Shown here piece after piece: positions 43,657 to 52,341 of a DNA stretch of 64,000 nt; positions within the stretch are counted from its first letter, which is position 1, and each line of letters starts with the position of its first letter. The stretch spans positions 960,001 to 1,024,000 of the forward strand of contig CBDFJQ010000002.1 in NCBI GenBank assembly GCA_965248575.1. Direction: 5' to 3'. The translations under genes were made by a program, and so were the position numbers. Under the pieces are notes generated by a model. The model saw nothing but the letters and a program-made list of their open reading frames with translations, had not been told where the DNA came from and searched no databases. This DNA comes from Planctomycetota bacterium (lineage in GTDB: Bacteria; Planctomycetota; B15-G4).

Positions 43657-44237
43657 GGGTTGTTGTTTCCCAGGAGATCAGAGTTCTCTTCCCACACCCG
43701 CGGGAGAAAGCCCTCCAGGGCAACGTGCTCTTCCTCGTCCTCCTTCTTGGAGTCGGGGAAGTACACCTTCACGCTGAAGCGTCGCACACGATGCGGATCG
43801 CTGCGCATCTCTTCATCGGCTGCCTCTGCATCGGAGGGGGCGATGGCGCCGAAGTCGTTCGCGAAGGGGTCCTGATCCTCCTCGTCCTCGGGGCGCCCGG
43901 TCGCCAGGTCCCAGTCTTGGAGGGTGAGTTCGTAACGGAACTCAGGCAGCTCCTCGAAGCGGCCCTCGAAGGCGTCGATCTGCTCCACTTCGCGGCCGTG
44001 AGTAGCGATCAACTCCTGGGCATGATGCAGGGCCAGGAGCATGTACTTGCTTCGAATCGCGCGATTGGTGGCGTCCTCGCGGATCTGGAGGATGGGCAGG
44101 ATGACGATGCCGAGCAGCATCACCGTCACCATGATCTCCAGCAGCGTGAAGCCCGCCTGCGCTGCGCGCGGCGAGGCAGGGGCTTGCCGGGCTCCGCAAG
44201 TCACCGAAAGCGGCAAGAGATCACCGGAAGCTGGCAT
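43653..44237 (-). CDS. gspI: Type II secretion minor pseudopilin, GspI-like
   Basis: QAG|FTLLEIMVTVMLLGI, ..EGRFE..PEFRY..RRFSVKV.F. Position between the H-like and J-like genes. Confidence 0.7.
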   Translation of the reverse strand: MPASGDLLPLSVTCGARQAPASPRAAQAGFTLLEIMVTVMLLGIVILPILQIREDATNRAIRSKYMLLALHHAQELIATHGREVEQIDAFEGRFEELPEFRYELTLQDWDLATGRPEDEEDQDPFANDFGAIAPSDAEAADEEMRSDPHRVRRFSVKVYFPDSKKEDEEEHVALEGFLPRVWEENSDLLGNNNP

Positions 44238-44811
44238 CGTTCACCTCTTCCTTGTCGTCGAAGGGCAACTCCTCCAGCACCCGTGAGTCGTTTACCAGGC
44301 CGTCCACCTCCACCCAGCGATGCTCCAACTCCTTGAAGTCCGGGTTCACGAACTTCACCCGGTGGGCAGCCATGCGCCCCAGGGCCGAGATGCGCAGCTC
44401 GATGTCTTCCTTGGTGCGCTCCGTACCGTCGGCAAGGACCACCGACTCCATCTGCATGAAGTCCGACAGCAGGGTCGGATCGAGGATGATCGTGACACCG
44501 GGGCCCAGCACCCGGCCGTCGTCATCGACCTCCACCGGGTACCAGGCCTCGATCGTGTTCGTGTCGATGTGATAGGCGAACACGACCTCGCGCTGCGTGA
44601 TCAACGCATGCGTGCGCATCTTGCTCAGATTCGTCTGCAGCTTCGACGCCGTGCTCTCGAGCTGCGCTTGCGGCAACATCGCGTCGTAGTTGAACACCAG
44701 GGTCATGGCCATGCCGAGCACAGCGACCACGACCATCATCTCGATCAGGGTGAAGCCCGACCATCGGCGTGCTGCACGCCGTGACGGAACCTCCACCCCT
44801 GAGCGAGACAT
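44221..44811 (-). CDS. gspH: Type II secretion minor pseudopilin, GspH-like
   Basis: SG|FTLIEMMVVVAVLG, ..L...R..A....REV.F.Y (GspH/FimT-like). Directly after gspG. Confidence 0.72.
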   Translation of the reverse strand: MSRSGVEVPSRRAARRWSGFTLIEMMVVVAVLGMAMTLVFNYDAMLPQAQLESTASKLQTNLSKMRTHALITQREVVFAYHIDTNTIEAWYPVEVDDDGRVLGPGVTIILDPTLLSDFMQMESVVLADGTERTKEDIELRISALGRMAAHRVKFVNPDFKELEHRWVEVDGLVNDSRVLEELPFDDKEEVNDASFR

Positions 44812-44820
44812 GCTGGTTCC

Positions 44821-45261
44821 TCAAGCGCCGGGGAGCGCGTTGGCGTTGGACGAGATGTCGCCGTCCGCGAACTCGCCACCCTCAACCCCGTCAGCGCCCA
44901 GGGACATGATCTCAAACTTGCGGCTGGTGGACTTGTCGTAGCGGAACTCGTTTTCCCAAGCGTCGAGCAGCAACTGGGGCTCGACCCAGGGGTCGCCCAT
45001 GTTCTTGGGGTCTTCCTGGAGCAGCTCCTGCAAGGTGTCGGGCACCTTGTTGTGCTTGAGCCGGTACTGACCAATGATCTGCTTCAGGTTGGTCATCTTG
45101 GCCTTCGTCGTCTGCACGGCGGCGTCGTCCAGGCGGTTCATGACGCCCGGCACCACGAGGGTGGCGATCAAGCCGATGATGGCGATCACGACCATGATCT
45201 CGATCAGGGTGAAACCCTTTTGAGAGGTGCGTCGGGCGCTGAGCTTCGTGTCGTGCTTCAT
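44821..45261 (-). CDS. gspG: Type II secretion major pseudopilin
   Basis: QKG|FTLIEIMVVIAIIGLIATLVVP, DAWENEFRY, SLGADGVEGGE..DGDISS. GGAG lies before ATG 45261. Confidence 0.92.
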   Translation of the reverse strand: MKHDTKLSARRTSQKGFTLIEIMVVIAIIGLIATLVVPGVMNRLDDAAVQTTKAKMTNLKQIIGQYRLKHNKVPDTLQELLQEDPKNMGDPWVEPQLLLDAWENEFRYDKSTSRKFEIMSLGADGVEGGEFADGDISSNANALPGA

Positions 45262-45392
45262 GGTCCATACTCCAATCGTGCGTCCCTGCCCCGCCCCAGA
45301 CTGACCCTGGGTGTGCGTGTTGGGAACATGTGTTGTCCGTCCGACCCGAACGGGGCCAGAGGCCCAGCTCAAGTCGGTGAGTTCAGTTTAGG

Positions 45393-46613
45393 TCAAATGC
45401 TGGCGCTGCCCAGCGAAAGCATCGGCATGACGATGGCCATGACGATGAATGCCACAGCTGCAGCCATGATGATGATCATGATCGGTTCCAGGGCTGCGGT
45501 CATGCGGTCGGTGGCAATCTCCACCTCCAGATCGTAGGCCTCAGCCAGGCTGTCGAGCACTTCCTCCAACTCACCGGATTGCTCACCCACGGCAATCATG
45601 TAGCCCACAGCGGGGGGAAAGACCCCGCTGCGCTTCAAGGGCGTGGAGATATCGGCACCCTTCAGAATGGCGGCGTGCAGGTCATCGAGCACCTTCTGGA
45701 GAACGGCGTTGGCGATCACCTCGCGCACGATCTTCAGGGCTTCCAGGACCGGAACACCCGTCTTGAGCAAGGTGGAGAGGGTCACCGCGAAGCGCGAGAT
45801 GGCCTGCTTCTTGAACAGGTCGCCCATGACCGGCATGCGCAGCAGGAACATATCCGTCGAGTACTTCCCGCGCGGCGTTCGGCGGATGGCGCTGAACACC
45901 ATGCCGATCACGACGATGGCCACGGACAGGAGGATCCAATACTCAGTCAGGAAGTCCGTTGTGTCCCGCAAGATCTGGGTGGGGAGCGGCAGCTCCTTCT
46001 GCTTGGCCTCCACCAGCGCGATCAGCTGGGGAACCACCTTGATCATCAGGACCGTCACCACCAGGCCGCCCACCGCCATCATGATGATGGGATACATCAG
46101 GGCCGAGACCACGCGGTTCTTCATGCGCGACTGGTTCAGCAGAAACTCGCCCAGGCGCTGGAGCACCACGTCGTTGTTACCGGCGGCCTCACCGGCGCGC
46201 ACCATGCTGACGTAGAGCCGGGGGAACACGCCGGGGTGCAGCTCGAGGGACTCCGCGAAGGAAGCGCCTGCGTTGATCCGCTCGCGCACGTCCCGGAAGA
46301 CGATCTCGAGGTGCCGACTTTCGACCTGCTCGATCAGGGCCTTCAGGGCGTCGTTGAGCGGGATGCCCGAGCGCAGCAGGGTCGCCAGCTGGCGGGTGAT
46401 CTGCGGAAGGTACTTGGACGTCTTGCGCCGCATGCGCCATTCGCCGAAACGCGACTGGCCCTTGTTGCCGACGGACTTGAGTTCATCGATGTCCGTGACG
46501 TGCAGCCCCTTGCGTCGCAGCTGCAATCGCGCGTCTCGGGGCGAGTCCGCATCCTCGATGCCAGCCTTCACCTGGCCCGTGTCGTTGTACGCCTTGTACG
46601 AATAGACGGGCAC
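45393..46613 (-). CDS. gspF: Type II secretion inner-membrane platform protein F
   Basis: TRQLATLLRSGIPL, YVSMVRAGEAAG, ALMYP, MIAVGEQSGEL, LEP. Confidence 0.93.
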   Translation of the reverse strand: MPVYSYKAYNDTGQVKAGIEDADSPRDARLQLRRKGLHVTDIDELKSVGNKGQSRFGEWRMRRKTSKYLPQITRQLATLLRSGIPLNDALKALIEQVESRHLEIVFRDVRERINAGASFAESLELHPGVFPRLYVSMVRAGEAAGNNDVVLQRLGEFLLNQSRMKNRVVSALMYPIIMMAVGGLVVTVLMIKVVPQLIALVEAKQKELPLPTQILRDTTDFLTEYWILLSVAIVVIGMVFSAIRRTPRGKYSTDMFLLRMPVMGDLFKKQAISRFAVTLSTLLKTGVPVLEALKIVREVIANAVLQKVLDDLHAAILKGADISTPLKRSGVFPPAVGYMIAVGEQSGELEEVLDSLAEAYDLEVEIATDRMTAALEPIMIIIMAAAVAFIVMAIVMPMLSLGSASI

Positions 46614-46614
46614 G

Positions 46615-48330
46615 TCAGACGTCGTCCTTCTGGGTCACCCGCAACACTTCGTCGATGGTGGTCACTCCTGCGGCCACCTTGTTCAGCCCGTCCATGCGCA
46701 GGGTGCGCAGGTTGCCGGACTGAACAGCTTCCTTCTTGATCAGGCTGGCGCCCGCCCGCTCCATGACGCGCAAGCGCACCTGCTCGTTCACGGGCAGCAT
46801 CTCGTAGAGCGCCGTACGATCCACGTAGCCGCTGTCGAAGCAGTAGTCGCAGCCCGCACCGAAGGCGACCTTGCGATCCTCGAAGCGATCCAGCTCGAGG
46901 TTCACCGACTTCAGCTTGGCGAGCATCTCGGCGTTGGGCTCGCTGACCGTCTTGCACTTCGGGCAGATCACACGCACGAGGCGCTGGGCGATGCAGATCA
47001 GCACCGAGGAAGCCACCAGATAGGGCTCCACGCCGATGTCGAGCATTCGGGTCACAGCGCTCGCCGCGTCGTTGGTGTGCAGCGTGGAGTACACAAGGTG
47101 ACCGGTGAGCGCCGCGCGGATGGCGATGTCCGCCGTCTCGTTGTCGCGCACCTCACCGATCATCATGATGTCGGGGTCCTGGCGCAGGAACGAGCGCAGC
47201 CCCGCGGCGAAGGTCAGCCCCTTCTTGGTGTTCACCTGCACCTGGGAGATGCCGGCCAGGTTGTATTCCACCGGATCCTCGATGGTGAGGATGTTCTTCT
47301 CCTGGGTGTTCTGCTCAGTGAGCGCCGCGTAGAGCGTCGTGGTCTTGCCGGAGCCCGTGGGGCCGGTCACGAAGATCACGCCGTGGGTGTAGGCGACGTA
47401 CTCCCGCAGCAGGTTCTCGTTGTACTCGTCGAGCCCGATGTTGGAGACGCGGTAGACGCGCGAGCTCTTGTCCAGGAGACGCATGACGATGCGTTCGCCA
47501 TAGGTCGTGGGCACCGCGGAGATGCGCACGTCCACATCACCTTCGCCCATGCGCAGCGTGGCGCGACCATCCTGAGGCAGCCGACGTTCGGCAATGTCCA
47601 TCTTGCCCATGACCTTAATGCGGCTGATGATCGCGTCCTGGTACTTCTTGGGCGGGGCCTCCATGTCGTACAGCACACCGTCGATGCGGTAGCGCACCTG
47701 CAACTTGTCGGGGTAGGGCTGGATGTGTACATCCGAGGCACGCATCTTCAGGGCCTGGAACAGGATCATGTTGACCAGCTTGATCAACGGCGCCTTGTTC
47801 GAGACATCGAGGAGGTTCTCTCCGTCGTCGTCCCCGTCGTCCAGGCGGATCAGGTCCTCGTCATCGTCGATGTTGCCGAGGGCCTCATCCACCATGTCCG
47901 AGCGCGTCTTGTAGGCCCGGTTGATCAGACTGGTGATCTCGGCCTTGGGCGCCAGGATGATGTCCACCTCGCCTTCCATGAAGGTGGCCAGATCATCCAT
48001 GGGGTGCAGGTCGAAGGGCGCGCAGGTCGCGACCAACACCGTGCCGTCCCCTTGCTCCACGCCTACGAGGTTGAAGGAGCGCGCGAAGTGCACCGGCACG
48101 CGCTCCACGAAAAGCGGCGGCACCTCCACTTCCCTCAGCTCCTGCCTGAAGGGATACCCCAGGTAGCGAGCCATGATCTTGAGCATCTCGGCTTCTTGGA
48201 GGTAGCCCTTCGCCACCAGCAGCCGGTCCAGGCTCTGGTTGCCATCCCGAACCAGCGCGGCGGCATCCTTGATGTCGTCAGGGGCCATGCCCCCATCCGT
48301 GACCAAGATCTCTTGCAGTGTCTTGTCCAT
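46615..48330 (-). CDS. gspE: Type II secretion ATPase E
   Basis: ASDVHIQP, DIAERRLPQDG, TGPTGSGKTTTLY, TIEDPVEY, LRQDPD, STLHTND, CPKC...GCDYC zinc motif. Confidence 0.95.
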   Translation of the reverse strand: MDKTLQEILVTDGGMAPDDIKDAAALVRDGNQSLDRLLVAKGYLQEAEMLKIMARYLGYPFRQELREVEVPPLFVERVPVHFARSFNLVGVEQGDGTVLVATCAPFDLHPMDDLATFMEGEVDIILAPKAEITSLINRAYKTRSDMVDEALGNIDDDEDLIRLDDGDDDGENLLDVSNKAPLIKLVNMILFQALKMRASDVHIQPYPDKLQVRYRIDGVLYDMEAPPKKYQDAIISRIKVMGKMDIAERRLPQDGRATLRMGEGDVDVRISAVPTTYGERIVMRLLDKSSRVYRVSNIGLDEYNENLLREYVAYTHGVIFVTGPTGSGKTTTLYAALTEQNTQEKNILTIEDPVEYNLAGISQVQVNTKKGLTFAAGLRSFLRQDPDIMMIGEVRDNETADIAIRAALTGHLVYSTLHTNDAASAVTRMLDIGVEPYLVASSVLICIAQRLVRVICPKCKTVSEPNAEMLAKLKSVNLELDRFEDRKVAFGAGCDYCFDSGYVDRTALYEMLPVNEQVRLRVMERAGASLIKKEAVQSGNLRTLRMDGLNKVAAGVTTIDEVLRVTQKDDV

Positions 48331-48342
48331 GGGGAGCGGGCT

Positions 48343-50493
48343 CTAGCCGTCGCCCGAACTGGAGGTGGGGGTCGCCACCTGCCGTTCGCCCGTGGACGGA
48401 ACCGCCACGGTCGGCATCTCGAACACCTGCTCCAAGCCCGTCATACGCGGCAAGCTGTCCGGCACGTCGTCGGTGGTCAGCGAACTCACCAGCTCGCTGA
48501 TGTCACCCCCCAAGCGCTCCACGTCCTGCTGACGCGCTGCACTGATCTCGTCCAGCAGGGCGAAGTCCGTGTCGATGATGTGCGAGGTGATGAAGACGTA
48601 GAGGAAGCGATCCTCTTGCGCATCATCGAAGGCCCGGAAGAGCCAGCCGATGAGGGGCAAGTCGCCGAGCCACGGCACCTTCGAATCGCTAGCGCGGGAG
48701 CTACGGCTCACGAGCCCACCCAGGATCACCGTGTGTCCATCGGGCACCGTGACCGGCGTCTCGATCTCGCGACTGGTGATGTCCGGCGGCGCACCGGGGA
48801 TGCCCGACTGCGAGGGCTGGAAGCTCGACACCTCGATCTTCACGCGCAGACGTAGGTAGTTGCCCGCGGAGATCGTGGGGGAGACGCCGAGGCGAATACC
48901 CGCCGTCACCGTCTCGAAGGAGTTGGTGGTGACGGAGTTCTGCCCCGTGGTGGTCACCTGGTAGGCCGTCTCCGTCTCGGCGGCAAGCTCGGCCTCCTGA
49001 TTGTCGTTGGTCAGGAGCGACGGCCGGGAGAGCACCCGGGATTCCGAGTTGCCTTCGAGCCACTGCAGGAAGACCGGAATCGGGATGTCCTGGCTGCTGA
49101 GCAAGGCGAGGGTTCCGCCCTGGCCCTGGACGCTCGAGGCCACCTGACCCAGGTCGAGGGCGCCCGTGGTGGCGTCCACGCCGAAGGTCGTGCCGAAGTT
49201 GGAGAAGAAGCCGCCGTCTTCCGCGGAAGCGGCACCGATGCCAGCGCTGAACATCTCGTTCAGGGTGCGCGAGGTCTCCACGATGGCGGCCTCCACGAGC
49301 ACTTGCGGGCGGCGCACGTCCAACTGCTGCAGCGTCGCCAGGAGCTCGCCATACTTGCGATCCGAGGCCGTGATGATGAGCGAGTTGCTGGTGGTGTCCG
49401 CCACCACGCTGGCCGGGATCTCGAGGCTGTTCCCACCGCCCGGGGCAGCGCCACTACGGGCCGCCTGCTGATTGGACTGCTCCTCCTGAAGCACCTTCGT
49501 CAGCACCTCTTCGATGCTGCCAGCGTCCGTGTTCTGAAGCCGCACCACATGCGTAAAGCCCCGCGGTTCCACTTCCACGTCGAGGATGTCGATCCACGAC
49601 TCCATGCGGTCGACGATGTCTAATTCGCCAGCCAGCATGAGCGCGTTGCTGCGCGGGTCGGGAATGATGCGCGGCTCGATCTCGCGTGCGGCGAGAGCGC
49701 CTGCGCCCTGGTTGACCTGGGTCTGGCCGGGTCGCAATCCGCGCGACGCCGCCAGCAGATCGGACAGCACCGGCTCCACCTCGTCGACCGATGCATGGTT
49801 CAGAACGCGCTTGCGAATGGTCGGCTGGGGGCTGAAGGGCGGCACATCCACAAGGCCCACGAGCTGATACGCGCCCCAGACGTTGGTGCCAAAACCTGTC
49901 AGCACCAGGCTGTTGCTGTTCTCCACCGACCGCACCTGTTCGATCTGCGTGTCGAAGAAGGGGTTGAAGGTGCTCATGGCGTTGCGGGCGTCCACATACT
50001 TCAGCGGGATGGACGTGGTGATCAGCACCGCAGGGTTCTGCGCATAGAGATGCAGCAGTTCCATGGGCACGATGGGGGCCTGGGACTTGGGCCCGGCACC
50101 ACCGCGGCCGGCACCACCTGCCGAGATCTTCCGGATCTCAAGGAAGGAAGAGCCCTGAGGCCCGTAGTCCAGAACGATGAAGTCGTAGGCCCTGAGCACC
50201 GCCTGGAAGAAGAGGTAGAAGTCCTTCTGCTGGACCCGGATGGGACCCACGATCTGGATCCGCGCATCACTGACCTCAGCGCGCTTGTACATGATCGGGC
50301 GACCGAGCAGCACCTTGGCCAGATCGATGAAATCCAAGAGCTTTTCCCCGTTCTCCTCATCAAACTGCAGGACGAACTCATCGCCAGAAGTGGTGATGTC
50401 CTGGGGAAGGGGAGCCGGCAGCGGAGCTGCCCAGACCTCGGGGCTGCTTAGGGCCAGCAAGGCCACCAAGCTGATGAGGAGCTTCAGGCGCAT
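48343..50493 (-). CDS. gspD: Type II secretion secretin D
   Basis: Signal peptide, N-domain repeats (DPRSNAL, DTTSNSLII), LDVRRPQVLVEAAIVE, LSRPSLLTNDNQEA, KVPWLGDLPLIGWLF. Confidence 0.93.
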   Translation of the reverse strand: MRLKLLISLVALLALSSPEVWAAPLPAPLPQDITTSGDEFVLQFDEENGEKLLDFIDLAKVLLGRPIMYKRAEVSDARIQIVGPIRVQQKDFYLFFQAVLRAYDFIVLDYGPQGSSFLEIRKISAGGAGRGGAGPKSQAPIVPMELLHLYAQNPAVLITTSIPLKYVDARNAMSTFNPFFDTQIEQVRSVENSNSLVLTGFGTNVWGAYQLVGLVDVPPFSPQPTIRKRVLNHASVDEVEPVLSDLLAASRGLRPGQTQVNQGAGALAAREIEPRIIPDPRSNALMLAGELDIVDRMESWIDILDVEVEPRGFTHVVRLQNTDAGSIEEVLTKVLQEEQSNQQAARSGAAPGGGNSLEIPASVVADTTSNSLIITASDRKYGELLATLQQLDVRRPQVLVEAAIVETSRTLNEMFSAGIGAASAEDGGFFSNFGTTFGVDATTGALDLGQVASSVQGQGGTLALLSSQDIPIPVFLQWLEGNSESRVLSRPSLLTNDNQEAELAAETETAYQVTTTGQNSVTTNSFETVTAGIRLGVSPTISAGNYLRLRVKIEVSSFQPSQSGIPGAPPDITSREIETPVTVPDGHTVILGGLVSRSSRASDSKVPWLGDLPLIGWLFRAFDDAQEDRFLYVFITSHIIDTDFALLDEISAARQQDVERLGGDISELVSSLTTDDVPDSLPRMTGLEQVFEMPTVAVPSTGERQVATPTSSSGDG

Positions 50494-50594
50494 GAGGACG
50501 GTCTCTCCGAGGCGGTCCGTGCAAGATCGGAAGGGGATGGGGTGGAGCCACCCGACGGAATGCTCCGGCCGGATGATCGGTCGATGATGGGGGC

Positions 50595-50625
50595 TTGGAC
50601 GGACGATCTCAACGGTGTATTCCCC
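50595..50625 (-). promoter_or_regulatory. ECF-sigma-like promoter upstream of gspD
   Basis: Minus strand reads GGGGAATA-N16-CGTCCAA, about 100 nt upstream of the gspD ATG, matching the general GGAA(C/T)-N16-CGTC layout of ECF promoters. Confidence 0.4.
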
Positions 50626-50814
50626 ATCTCAGGGCAGGATCGGAGCCGGCCGGGAAAGGCTCAATGAGCCCTGCCTTCGGGCTTGCAGTGGGGCTGAGCG
50701 GTCACTAACCTCGTCCGGTTTCGACGGGACACAGAAGTTCACCCTGTTGCGGGACGGTCCGCTGCAGGCCCTTGCTGCCCCGGCTTGGCACCCATTCCCG
50801 CTGGCATTCCCTTC

Positions 50815-51285
50815 GTGAAGCTCTCAGAGGTCCTCACCGAGTCCGCCGTCCTGCTCGATCTTTCGGGCCAGGACAAGTGGCAGCTCATCGAGAATCTCAC
50901 GGATTGCCTCGTGGCCAGTGGGCAGGTGGAAGGGGGTCACCGCGACTCCGTCCATCAGGCCCTGGTGACCCGCGAGAAGTCCATGTCCACCGGAATGGAG
51001 AATGGCATCGCCATTCCCCATACGTCGGTGGACGAGGTGGACAAGACGGCCGTTGCCTTGGGAATATCCCGCGCAGGCCTCGATTTCGAGGCCATCGACG
51101 GGCGCCCGACCCATTTGGTGATCTTGCTGGTCAACCCCAGCAATCGCACCAAAGCTCATATCCGCACCCTCGCTGAGATCGCCCGGCTGCTGTCCAGTGC
51201 CGAGCTCCGCACCGCACTGCATGAGGCACCCAGCGTCCTCGTGGCGCTGGAGAAGATCCGTGAGGCAGAGGCAGCTGTTACGTGA
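50815..51285 (+). CDS. PTS system IIA component (fructose/mannitol or PtsN-like)
   Basis: REKSMSTGMENGIAIPH (phospho-His), G.DFEAIDGRP..L..LL, H...LAEIA. GTG at 50815 preferred. Confidence 0.9.
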   Translation: MKLSEVLTESAVLLDLSGQDKWQLIENLTDCLVASGQVEGGHRDSVHQALVTREKSMSTGMENGIAIPHTSVDEVDKTAVALGISRAGLDFEAIDGRPTHLVILLVNPSNRTKAHIRTLAEIARLLSSAELRTALHEAPSVLVALEKIREAEAAVT

Positions 51286-51347
51286 CGGCTGCCATCCTTC
51301 CGATACACTAGCCCTTTGGCTTGACACGTTAGTTTCAGGAGTATCAC

Positions 51348-51749
51348 TTGGTCATTCGCATCCAGACCCGCGAGAACGAGCCCGTCGAGAAGGCCCTTCG
51401 ACGGCTTCGCAAGCTGTGCAACAACGAGGGCGTCACCCGCACCTCGAAGGCTAAGGCTTACTTTGAGAAGCCCAGCGAGCGCCGCCGCCGCGACAAGCGC
51501 GAGCGCCGCAAGGCCATCCGCCTCTCCATGCGCGCCAAGCGCCAGGACGTGGCGAAGCTCTTGAACCGCCGCCGCAAGGCTCGCAAGAACGCCCGCGCCG
51601 CAGCACGGGAGGCCGAGGCATCCCAGGTCCGGGCCGAGAACGCGGCCGTCACAGAGAACGACGTCCAGGTCGAGGCTGCAGTCGAGACCCAGGTCGATGC
51701 TGTGGCACCCCAGGCCAACCCGGTCACCATCAACACGACTGAGTCCTGA
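51348..51749 (+). CDS. rpsU: 30S ribosomal protein S21 with C-terminal extension
   Basis: ENEPVEKALRRLRK....EG........YFEKPSERRRR. AGGAG lies 6 nt before the TTG start. Confidence 0.88.
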   Translation: MVIRIQTRENEPVEKALRRLRKLCNNEGVTRTSKAKAYFEKPSERRRRDKRERRKAIRLSMRAKRQDVAKLLNRRRKARKNARAAAREAEASQVRAENAAVTENDVQVEAAVETQVDAVAPQANPVTINTTES

Positions 51750-51891
51750 GGGATCGTCCCGGCCCTTCGCCGAGCCCTCGGGCTCAAGCGTTGTCGTCCG
51801 GGTCCGGAGGCGTTTCACGCTCTTGTGTGAGGCCCTTCCTGACGAGCACCGGAGCCTTCTGGCTGCGGTGCTCGTTTGCGTATCCCGCCGG

Positions 51892-52341
51892 CTAGGTCGC
51901 TGGCGTGGACTCCGCAGCCATCATTTTGTCGACGCGCCGGGCATGGCGTCCGCCTTCAAAGTCTGAATCCAGGAAGGCCGTCACGACTTCGTCGAGAACG
52001 CTGGCGTCCAGCACCCGCGCCCCGACGCACAGCACATTCGCGTCGTTGTGTGCGCGACAGAGCTGGGCTTCGGAAGGGTCATTGCACTTGGCGGCACGCA
52101 CTCCGTGGACCTTGTTGGCCGCGATGGACATGCCGATGCCCGTACCGCACACCAGGATGCCGCGCTCCACCGCCGAATCCGCAACACGCCGAGCGACACT
52201 CACGGCGTAGTCGGGGTAGTCGACCGACGAATCGTCCGCGGGCCCACAGTCCAGCACCTCATGCCCAGCCTCCATGAGCATCTTGGCGAGGTGACTCTTG
52301 GTCTCCACACCTGCGTGATCCGAACCCAATGCGATCTTCAT
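51892..52341 (-). CDS. rpiB: Ribose-5-phosphate isomerase B
   Basis: IALGSDHAG, VDYPDYA, CGTGIGMSIAANKV.GVRAA, HNDANVL, FEGGRHARRV. Confidence 0.97.
   Translation of the reverse strand: MKIALGSDHAGVETKSHLAKMLMEAGHEVLDCGPADDSSVDYPDYAVSVARRVADSAVERGILVCGTGIGMSIAANKVHGVRAAKCNDPSEAQLCRAHNDANVLCVGARVLDASVLDEVVTAFLDSDFEGGRHARRVDKMMAAESTPAT

Noticed and set aside
48150..48330. c-di-GMP-binding MshEN motif at the GspE N-terminus
   Set aside because: The helical pattern is similar, but the RLG residues are replaced (TLQ, SLD), so binding cannot be claimed.
50785..50802. TTGGCAC upstream of the PTS IIA gene as a sigma-54 promoter
   Set aside because: The -12 GC is not at the required 10-nt spacing from GG.
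50494..50814. tRNA or known ncRNA in the larger intergenic gaps (also 55757-56119, 662-866)
   Set aside because: No cloverleaf or recognisable Rfam consensus was seen, only short GC-rich hairpins.
51321..51347. Perfect TTGACA before rpsU as a -35 box
   Set aside because: It is too close to the start and its spacer would contain the AGGAG ribosome-binding site. TACACT at 51304-51309 is a more plausible -10, but I cannot confirm it.
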